The notes beneath the pieces were generated by a model. It saw only the letters and a list, made by a program, of their open reading frames with translations. It had not been told where the DNA came from and made no database searches. Below, piece by piece: positions 12,301 to 24,300 of a stretch of 64,000 nucleotides of DNA. The stretch comes from Pecten maximus (taxonomy: Eukaryota): positions 6,386,001-6,450,000 of the forward strand of contig NC_047021.1 of assembly GCF_902652985.1 (NCBI RefSeq). Direction: 5' to 3'. Position numbers and translations under genes: made by a program. The first letter of the stretch is position 1; every line of letters starts with the position of its first letter.

Positions 12301-15300
12301 TGAAATATAGATATTTATCAAACTAATAAAACCTATATTGCAGCGATGAGCAGTGAAAATATAAGATTTTGCAGTGAAAATATAAGTTTTGCAGTGAAAA
12401 TATAAGTTTTTCGTTTTTGACCAATCAGAGCGGACCTTTAATGTATTCACCTCCATGAAACTTACCGCTTTTTCCAGCCGAAGTGCAGATAGATAAATTG
12501 GTGATTTTTCTGTATTTCTGAAATGTTCAGACTAGTTTTTGACAAAATACTCACTACACGTTAGCTATTCATGTACATATTCTCCTATAACAGCATAAAA
12601 CGCTTATATATTGCTGATCAGTCCTTTCAAAATGGCGCTGTCGACGTGGAGTAACGTCACAAAAGAGATGATGTCATTACTGATTCCCACACTTTTTGAC
12701 GCTATTAATGTTTCTATGTTTCTAATTTTGTTTTTAAGTTGATGAAATGCAATAAAAATAAAATTGAATGGTTTCTCATGAAATACCTGTATAACATATA
12801 TTTCACTCGTATGGCAAAATATTTCGATACTTTTTTCCCTCGTGCTTCGCACTCGTGAAAATATCGATATTCTGTCATACTCGTGAAATATATGTTCTAT
12901 TTAATTAAACGGGAAACCTCCAATATCCTCTATATCTCACCCTAGGTTGCGACAAGCTACTACGTGTTCTTTCCACTTTCTCAACAATTGCATTTCGTCA
13001 CGTCAACAATACCATAACGTCATGGTGGCAATGCAATGACGTCAGGTCAACATTTCCCTGCATTGATATATCGTCCATATTAGATACAGAAGAGGATAAA
13101 CAAGTTAAGAGAAAAATGATCATTCACTCCCATGAAAGTGAGACAGGGGAATCTCAACCCTCGGGGAAAGATACTTTAGCTTCCAAACATTTGGCAAGCC
13201 TCGTGCTTGGCAACTTAAGAATCTCCCCCTCGGGTTGAGATTCCCTTGTCTCAACCCCAAGACGTGAGCAATTCCTCTATTCTCACCCCTCCGTCAGTGG
13301 GTAACAAAGTGATATCAAGCTTTTTGTCAAGGTAAACTATGGTCCAACTCGGACTAGATATGTTTAAATGATGTTACAGACTCCATACACCTGATCCACA
13401 ACAGCTGGAGCAGGGTCTTGTTCGGTCGACCATGACGTATCACTTCCTCGCCATGGTATCATGTTATTATAGATACTAAATTGATTATTTTGCGGGATTT
13501 ATCGTGTGTGAACACCACATATCATTAGTGGTGTAAACAGAGAAACCGCATTTACAACTGAATAACTCATAACCATGATTTATATTCATCATACCTGTTA
13601 AAGTACGAGATAATTTAAGCTACCATGAAAGCAACATATCAATACATTTTTGATTTTGCCATTAAGGCTAACAATTACACTGAAATCAAAGTTGTCGGAT
13701 TCCACATGCATTGGGCGGACGGATACTCAAACTGCAGTAACATTGAAATATTGCTACCGTCAATTAAGACTTGGTTGCTTTCATATTATCCTTCGCTAAT
13801 CTCTGCTAAATTCCAAATATAAACATCATTTGTTCCGAAAATTATGGCATCATCAACATATAGGTTAAACAGTCCACCAGAGAAAGCCTGCACAGCATTA
13901 TACCGCACGACCAAAACAGTCCATCAGAGAAAGCCTGCACAACATTATACCACACGACTAAAACAGTCCATTAGAGAAAGCCTGCACAACATTATACCAC
14001 ACATCTAAAACAGTCCATCAGAGAAAGCCTGCACAACATTATACCACACGACTAAAACAGTCCATCAGAGAAAGCCTGCACAACATTATACCGCACGACC
14101 TAAAACAGTCCATCAGAGAAAGCCTGCACAACATTATACCGCACGACTAAAACAGTCCATCAGAGAAAGCCTGCACAACATTATACCGCACGACTAAAAC
14201 AGTCCATCAGAGAAAGCCTGCACAACATTATACCGCACGACTAAAACAGTCCATCAGAGAAAGCCTGCACAACATTATACCACACGACTAAAACAGTCCA
14301 TTAGAGAAAGCCTGCACAACATTATACCACACGACTAAAACAGTCCATTAGAGAAAGCCTGCACAACATTATACCACACGACTAAAACAGTCCACCAGAG
14401 AAAGCCTGCACATTATACCGCACGACTAAAACAGTCCATCAGAGAAAGCCTGCACAACATTATACCGCACGACTAAAACAGTCCATCAGAGAAAGCCTGC
14501 ACAACAATATACCGCACGACTAAAACAGTCCATTAGAGAAAGCCTGCACAGCATTATACCGCACGACTAAAACAGTCCATTAGAGAAAGCCTGCACAGCA
14601 TTATAACACACGACTAAAACAGTCCATCAGAGAAAGCCTGCACAACATTATAACACACGACTAAAACAGTCCATCAGAGAAAGCCTGCACAACATTATAC
14701 CGCACGACTAAAACAGTCCATCAGAGAAAGCCTGCACAACATTATACCGCATGACCAAAACAGTCCATCAGAGAAAGCCTGCACAGCATTATACTGCACG
14801 ACTAAAACAGTCCATCAGAGAAAGCCTGCACAACATTATACCACACGACCAAAACAGTCCATCAGAGAAAGCCTGAACAGCATTATACCACACGACTAAA
14901 ACAGTCCATCAGAGAAAGCCTGCACAACATTATACCACACGACTAAAACAGTCCATCAGAGAAAGCCTGCACAACATTATACCACACGACTAAAACAGTC
15001 CATCAGAGAAAGCCTGCACAACATTATACCACACGACTAAAACAGTCCATCAGAGAAAGCCTGCACAACATTATACCACACGACTAAAACAGTCCATCAG
15101 AGAAAGCCTGCACAACATTATACCACACGACTAAAACAGTCCATCAGAGAAAGCCTGCACAAGCATTATACCACACGACTAAAACAGTCCATCAGAGAAA
15201 GCCTGCACAACATTATACCACACGACTAAAACAGTCCATCAGAGAAAGCCTGCACAACATTATACCACACGACTAAAACAGTCCATCAGAGAAAGCCTGC

Positions 15301-18300
15301 AAAGCATTATACCGCACGACCAAAACAGTCCATCAGAGAAAGCCTGCACAACATTATACCACACGACTAAAACAGTCCATTAGAGAAAGCCTGCACAACA
15401 TTATACCACACGACTAAAACAGTCCATAAGAGAAAGCCTGCACAACATTATACCACACGACTAAAACAGTCCATTAGAGAAAGCCTGCACAACATTATAC
15501 CACACGACTAAAACAGTCCATCAGAGAAAGCCTGCACAACATTATACCGCACGACCAAAACAGTCCATCAGAGAAAGCCTGCACAACATTATACCGCACG
15601 ACCAAAACAGTCCATCAGAGAAAGCCTGCACAACATTATACCGCACGACTAAAACAGTCCATCAGAGAAAGCCTGCACAACATTATACCGCACGACCTAA
15701 AACAGTCCATCAGAGAAAGCCTGCACAACATTATACCACACGACTAAAACAGTCCATCAGAGAAAGCCTGCACAACATTATACCACACGACTAAAACAGT
15801 CCATCAGAGAAAGCCTGCACAACATTATACCACACGACTAAAACAGTCCATCAGAGAAAGCCTGCACAACATTATACTGCAAGACCAAAATACCGTATAA
15901 CACCAAATCAAATAAAGAATATATACTTACAGTTCGGTACATGTCATAATCTAGCGCTATTCTAGTCAGACCTCAATGGAACGTCCTGTAATGGTTGCGG
16001 GACAAGTTTGGATTCCGACGAAAATGTTCCCCCTCCATATTTGTTTTTATTTATCAAAATTTCGTATAATTTTTCTGATAGAGCACATCATATCTGCTGA
16101 ACGTTTTGGACAATCGCTCCGAAAAGTCATTGAGGTGGTCCCTCTCTTGACATTGCCTGTCTATCATACGATTGCATCAGGCTCCCTCATCTCCTCATCT
16201 TCATTGTCAGACATATAACGAGACTTCAATGGGACAAACACCTTGACATACCGTCATATGAGATAGTTTGGTGATTTTTCGTCAAAACATGGAGGAGCTC
16301 GGGGTTAGTGTGCCCAAATTTGACGTTTCGATCAGCCCATTGTCAAATATTGTCATTGTCGTCATCCATACCAGTGACTCAAAAGCGAGTTCAACCAATT
16401 TTATTCGTCCCGTGTCTTCGGTCTGAAGAGTGGATAGGGAGTTATGCGGACAAGTTGTTTACGTTGATCGTACCTTCGATCAGGGGTGAGGGATTTGGAG
16501 GGATGGGGTAGGGTTGGGGGTTTATAACTGCAAACAGTTAATGGTTTCTATTGCCTATCCCCTGTTACATCACAATGATAGCTTACAGGTGTCAGCACAA
16601 ACTTACGTGCGCTAGACACTAATGAGGATAGTTCTCTTTGAGTCACAGAAGACAATTGATTAATATATGTTTGTGGTCTGAACATTGTACCTATCGTTAT
16701 TACCACCACTTGTCATTGATGATGTAGTTCGTATTTCATTTTAACATCGATGTGTGTTTCCTTACAGAGGAGTCTGCCCAAACCGAGCCCGCGTGGAACA
16801 AGGCTGGGGAGAAAGTTGGCGTACAAATCTGGAGGATCGTGGTAGGTGGAGCTCTAGTACACACCAATCAGGTTCTACACGCGTTTGTAGTCAGGATCGT
16901 GGTAGGTGGAGCTCTAGTACACACCAATCAGGTTCTGCACGCGTTTGTAGTCAGGATCGTGGTAGGTGGAGCTCTAGTACACACCAATCAGGTTCTACAC
17001 GCGTTTGTAGTCAGGATCGTGGTAGGTGGAGCTCTAGTACACACCAATCAGGTTCTACACGCGTTTGTAGTCAGGATCATGGTAGGTGGAGCTCTAGTAC
17101 ACACCAATCAGGTTCTGCACGCGTTTGTAGTCAGGATCGTGGTAGGTGGAGCTCTAGTACACACCAATCAGGTTCTACACGCGTTTGTAGTCAGTGCAGA
17201 AAATATTGATTTATCTGATATTGTTTTTCCTTTCGATTTTTTTCATAATTTTATTATCATTACTGAACAGTCATAATTTGAAGTAGTGAAAAGGATAGCA
17301 AAAAGATTTAGCGCGCTTCAAATTTAGATATTTTGTTTACAGAAATTCAAGGTTACCCACTGGCCAAAAGAGGAATATGGAAAGTTCTACGATGGTGATT
17401 CCTATATAATACTCAATGTAAGTACCCTAGAACCAGTCTAAATCAGTATCCATATACTTATTGGTCCGTGAAATCGACACAGTCCAAAGTTGTCAGGAAG
17501 AAGGATGACCTTTTCGGATCATTAACGATACCAGATATTCAAGGTCATAGGCAAAGACTAAACATTGAACATTATTAATTATAATATAAATGACTGGGTT
17601 TTTCTGAGCGGTCGACTCTGACCTAACTTTAACATTATATCAACCCCAAATTAGTGCTTCAAGTTGGCAGACGACGAAAATCTCAGCAAAAAAGATAGTT
17701 CGGTGCTTTCTACCGAAAAAGGAGCCAACTTACTTCATGTCCGCCGCTTAATATATATAGTTTAGAGTATTGTTGTCCAAACTTTACGCCCAAGCTAAGA
17801 ACGATAGGACTATTTTAAACGTTCGTCATTGTTTCCTTACGATATGAGATATTTTATGACCCATTCTGACATGGATATTATTCACGCCCCAGAATCTAAA
17901 CATTCATAAACGTTTCTCAAACTACAACAAAGAAACGTAGTGCCTCAGGATATATTACTTTTTTCATGGCGACAAATCATCGTATTAACCTAAAAAGCAG
18001 GCGAATGTAGCAAATCCAGAGTTCAACGTCAGGAACGGATAACTTACATTACATTACGATGGGCTTTTTAATACTTTTTTTTATTAATCTATACAATTGG
18101 TAAATAAACTAATTATTTTCTATGTTTTAGACATTCAAAAAAAGGCGGAGAAGAATTGCTTTATGATGTTCATTTCTAGCTTTCCTTACGTTGGGTTTTT
18201 CGTTTTACTTTGTTTTATTTTCTGTTTGTTTGCTTTTTGTTTCTTTATTTTTGTAATCATTACAATAGATAAATAAACCAAACATTATCTTTGTTTCAGA

Positions 18301-21300
18301 CATTCAAAGAAGACGGCGGAGAAGAATTGCTTTTTGATGTTCATTTCTGGATTGGCAAATACAGTACCGCGGTAAGACACATTGCTATTGACACACACTA
18401 TATGGGTAGGTACAGAACACAGGTAAAACACGCTGATATTGACACAGTTAATACCTGGTAATGTGGGTAGGTACAGAACACAGGTAAAACACACTGATAT
18501 TGACACAGTTAATGGCTGGTAATGTAGGTAGGTACAGATATTGACACATTTAGTGACTGGTAATGTAGGTAGGTACAGATATTGACACACAGTTAATGAC
18601 TGGTAATGTAGGTAGGTACAGAACACAGGTAAAACATGCTGATATTGACACAGTTAATGACTGGTAATGTAGGGTAGGTACAGAACACAGGTAAAACACG
18701 CTGATATTGACACAGTTAATGACTGGTAGTGTGGGTAGGTACAGAACACAGGTAAAACATGCTGATATTGACACAGTTAATGACTGGTAATGTGGGTAGG
18801 TACAGAACACAGGTAAAGCACACTGATATTGACACAGTTAATACCTGGTAATGTGGGTAGGTACAGAACACAGGTAAAAAACGCTGATATTAACACAGTT
18901 AATGACTGGTAATGTGGGTAGGTACAGAACACAGGTAAAACATGCTGATATTGACACAGTTAATACCTGGTAATGTGGGTAGGTACAGAACACAGGTAAA
19001 ACACACTGATATTGACACGGTTAATACCTGGTAGTGTGGGTAGGTACAGAACACAGGTAAAACACGCTGATATTGACACAGTTAATGACTGGTAGTGTGG
19101 GTAGGTACAGAACACAGGTAAAAAACGCTGATATTGACACAGTTAATGACTGGTAATGTGGGTAGGTACAGAACACAGGTAAAACACGCTGATATTGACA
19201 CGGTTAATACCTGGTAATGTGGGTAGGTACAGAACACAGGTAAAACACACTGATATTGACACAGTTAATACCTGGTAATGTGGGTAGGTACAGAACACAG
19301 GTAAAACACACTGATATTGACACAGTTAATGACTGGTAGTGTGGGTAGGTACAGAACACAGGTAAAACACACTGATATTGACACAGTTAATGACTGGTAG
19401 TGTGGGTAGGTACAGAACACAGGTAAAACACACTGATATTGACACAGTTAATACCTGGTAGTGTGGGTAGGTACAGAACACAGGTAAAAAACGCTGATAT
19501 TGACACAGTTAATGACTGGTAGTGTGGGTAGGTACAGAACACAGGTAAAACACACTGATATTGACACGGTTAATACCTGGTAATGTGGGTAGGTACAGAA
19601 CACAGGTAAAACACACTGATATTGACACAGTTAATACCTGGTAGTGTGGGTAGGTACAGAACACAGGTAAAACATGCTGATATTGACACAGTTAATGACT
19701 GGTAATGTGGGTAGGTACAGAACACAGGTAAAACACGCTGATATTGACACAGTTAATGACTGGTAATGTGGGTAGGTACAGGACACAGGTAAAACATGCT
19801 GATATTGACACAGTTAATGACTGGTAATGTGGGTAGGTACAGAACACAGGTAAAACATGCTGATATTGACACAGTTAATGACTGGTAGTGTGGGTATAGG
19901 TACAGAACACAGGTAAAACACACTGATATTGACACAGTTAATGACTGGTAATGTGGGTAGGTACAGAACACAGGTAAAACATGCTGATATTGACACAGTT
20001 AATGACTGGTAGTGTGGGTAGGTACAGAACACAGGTAAAACACGCTGATATTGACACAGTTAATGACTGGTAATGTGGGTAGGTACAGAACACAGGTAAA
20101 ACATGCTGATATTGACACAGTTAATACCTGGTAATGTGGGTAGGTACAGAACACAGGTAAAACACACTGATATTGACACGGTTAATATACCTGGTAGTGT
20201 GGGTAGGTACAGAACACAGGTAAAACACGCTGATATTGACACAGTTAATGACTGGTAGTGTGGGTAGGTACAGAACACAGGTAAAACATGCTGATATTGA
20301 CACAGTTAATACCTGGTAATGTGGGTAGGTACAGAACACAGGTAAAACATGCTGATATTGACACGGTTAATACCTGGTAGTGTGGGTAGGTACAGAACAC
20401 AGGTAAAACACGCTGATATTGACACAGTTAATGACTGGTAATGTGGGTAGGTACAGAACACAGGTAAAACACGCTGATATTGACACAGTTAATGACTGGT
20501 AGTTTGGGTAGGTACAGAACACAGGTAAAACACGCTGATATTGACACAGTTAATACCTGGTAATGTGGGTAGGTACAGAACACAGGTAAAAAACGCTGAT
20601 ATTGACACAGTTAATGACTGGTAGTGTGGGTAGGTACAGAACACAGGTAAAACACGCTGATATTGACACAGTTAATACCTGGTAATGTGGGTAGGTACAG
20701 AACACAGGTAAAACATGCTGATATTGACACAGTTAATGACTGGTAGTGTGGGTAGGTACAGAACACAGGTAAAACACGCTGATATATACATATATACGTA
20801 ATAAGCGGCGGCAGTGAACGTAGGTACAGAATACAGGTAAGTTATTGCAGAACATATAACCGGGTACAGTTTAAGAGAAGTATTCCTCTACCAGACATAC
20901 AATGTACATCGACAACATCCGCCGTGCAAATTAGGGTAAATCACATTGTCAAATTGAGAGCTATAATTTTCGTATTTTTGATAATTTCTCTTTGTTTTGG
21001 TATATATTTGCTGATAATTTTATGTATTTATTGCAAGTGTGTGAGAAATATTTCTATTATTTAATCTGCAAAGCCATCTTCTCTTCAAAAGTTTAAAGTT
21101 GAGTACTAACTTTATGAACTTTATAGTTGAGCATAAACCCATGGATTATTCTCAATAATTTATCTTTAAGTTCGTATGCTAAGTTAAATTTAAGCCTTGG
21201 GTGACAGGCCATCACGCCACAGTGACGTGGTACTGCCTTGGGTGACATGCCAACACGTCACAGTGACGTGGTACTGCCTTGGGTGACAGGCCATCACGTC

Positions 21301-24300
21301 ACAGTGACGTGGAACTGCCTTGTGTGACAGTCCATCTCGTCAGAGTGAAGTGGTACTGCCATGTATGACAGGCCATCTCATCAGAGTGAAGTGGTACTGC
21401 CATGTATGACAGGCCATCTCGTCAGAGTGAAGTGGTACTGCCTTGTGTGACAGGCCATCTCGTCAGAGTGAAGTGGTACTGCCTTGTGTGACAGGCCATC
21501 TTGTTAGAGTGAAGTGGCACTGTCCTGTGTGACAGGCCATCTCGTCAGAGTGTAGTGGCACTGCCATGTATGACAGGCCATCTCGTCAGAGTGAAGTGGT
21601 ACTGCCTTGTATGACAGGCCATATCGTCAGAGTGAAGTGGCACTGCCTTGTATGACAGGCCATATCGTCAGAGTGAAGTGGTACTGCCTTGTGTGACAGG
21701 CCATCTCGTCACAGTGAAGTGGTACTGCCTTGTGTGACAGGCCATCTCGTCAGAGTGAAGTGGCACTGCCTTGTATGACAGGCCATATCGTCAGAGTGTA
21801 GTGGCACTGCCATGTATGACAGGCCATCTCGTCAGAGTGAAGTGGTACTGCCTTGTGTGACAGGCCATCTCGTCAGAGTGAAGTGGCACTGCCTTCTATG
21901 ACAGGCCATCTCGTCACAGTGAAGTGGCACTGCCTTGTGTGACAGGCCATCTCGTCACAGTGAAGTGGTACTGCCTTGTGTGACAGGCCATCTTGTCAGA
22001 GTGAAGTGGTACTGCCTTGTGTGGCAGGCCATCTCGTCAGAGTGAAGTGGTACTGCCATGTATGACAGGCCATCTCGTCAGAGTGAAGTGGTACTGCCTT
22101 GTGTGACAGGCCATCTCGTCAGAGTGAAGTGGTACTGCCATGTATGACAGGCCATCTCGTCAGAGTGAAGTGGTACTGCCTTGTGTGACAGGCCATCTCG
22201 TCAGAGTGTAGTGGCACTGCCATGTATGACAGGCCATCTCGTCAGAGTGAAGTGGTACTGCCATGTATGACAGGCCATCTCGTCAGAGTGAAGTGGCACT
22301 GCCTTGTGTGACAGGCCATCTCGTCAGAGTGAAGTGGCACTGCCTTGTATGACAGGCCATCTCGTCAGAGTGAAGTGGTACTGCCTTGTATGACAGGCCA
22401 TCTCGTCAGAGTGACATTGAACTGCCTTGTGTGACAGGCCATCTCGTCAGAGTGAAGAAATGTTATCTTGTGCAATAGGTTGTACATTCTGTTGTTTTAA
22501 CACCACTAAAGGCTGTATTTATTATTTGGTTTTGAAAATATAAAAAGATAGAATGAGCATGTACTAGACAAACGACAAATAAAGTATTTTTTAGGAAAAA
22601 CAGTTTGTATGCTCCATTTATTTAACCTTGGACACTAACAGGACGAGTATGGGACGGCAGCGTACAAGACTGTGGAGTTAGACACACTGCTGGACGATAA
22701 ACCAATCCAACACCGAGAAGTTCAAGGACACGAGTCGGACTTGTTCAAATCGTATTTCAACAGTATCACGTGAGTATATGTATTTAACAAGTTGGAAAAA
22801 TTAGGAGACAAATGTCGCGTATGTGGAATGTTAAAACCGGACACTAATGTAAAGGTAATACAGGTTAAAGGTCACGTATCTATATAATGTATAGGCTGTG
22901 AACGCTTCTGTATAATAGAGGTCAAAGGTCATGTATCTACATGTGTATATAAATAATAGAGGTTAAAGGTCACGTATCTACATGTGTATATAATGTAAAG
23001 GCTGTGAACGCTTACTGTATAATAGAGGTTAAAGGTCACATATCTATATAATGTAAAGGCTGTGAACGCTTACTGTATAATAGAGGTTAAAGGTCACGTA
23101 TCTACATGTGTATATAATGTAAAGGCTGTGAACGCTTACTGTATAATAGAGGTTAAAGGTCACGTATCTACATGTGTATATAATGTAAAGGCTGTGAACG
23201 CTTACTGTATAATAGAAGTTAAAGGTCACATATCTATATAATGTAAAGGCTGTGAACGCTTACTGTATAATAGAGGTTAAAGGTCACATATCTATATAAT
23301 GTAAAGGCTGTGAACGCTTACTGTATAATAGAGGTTAAAGGTCACATATCTATATAATGTAAAGGCTGTGAACGCTTACTGTATAATAGAGGTTAAAGGT
23401 CACGTATCTACATGTGTATATAATGTAAAGGCTGTGAACGCTTACTGTATAATAGAGGTTAAAGGTCACATATCTATATAATGTAAAGGCTGTGAACGCT
23501 TACTGTATAATAGAGGTTAAAGGTCACGTATCTATATAATGTAAAGGCTGTGAACGCTTACTGTATAATAGAGGTTAAAGGTCACGTATCTATATAATGT
23601 AAAGGCTGTAAACGCTTACTGTATAATAGAGGTTAAAGGTCACGTATCTACATGTGTATATAATGTAAAGGCTGTGAACGCTTACTGTATAATAGAGGTT
23701 AAAGGTCACATATCTATATAATGTAAAGGCTGTGAACGCTTACTGTATAATAGAGGTTAAAGGTCAGGTATCTACATGTGTATATAATGTAAAGGCTGTG
23801 AATGCGTACTGTATAATAGAGGTCAAAGGTCACATATCTATATAATGTAAAGGCTGAACGCGTACTGTATAATAGAGGTTAAAGGTCACGTATCTACATG
23901 TGTATATAATGTAAAGGCTGTGAATGCGTACTGTATAATAGAGGTCAAAGGTCACATATCTATATAATGTAAAGGCTGTGAATGCATACTGTATAATAGA
24001 GGTCAAAGGTCACATATCTATATAATGTAAAGGCTGTGAACGCTTACTGTATAATAGAGGTTAAAGGTCACATATCTATACAGTGTAAAGGCTGTGAACG
24101 TTTTCTGTATAGTGGAAGTTAAAGGTCACCTACATGTATAATTTAAAGCTGCGAACAGGCAATTTATAATAGAGGCAAAATGTTCTGAATCTATAACACT
24201 AAATCGTGATTCTGTATAATTTACTTCAAGGTTTGTGCAGAATATATCTTACTTCTAGTATAGTCTTCTGATTTTGTAGTAGTAATCAACGCGGGGGATT

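Noticed and set aside
15955-16440. Possible MITE with imperfect TIRs (ctattctagtcagacc / ggtctgaagagtggatag)
   Set aside because: The TIR match is weak and there is no TSD; copy-number evidence would be needed.
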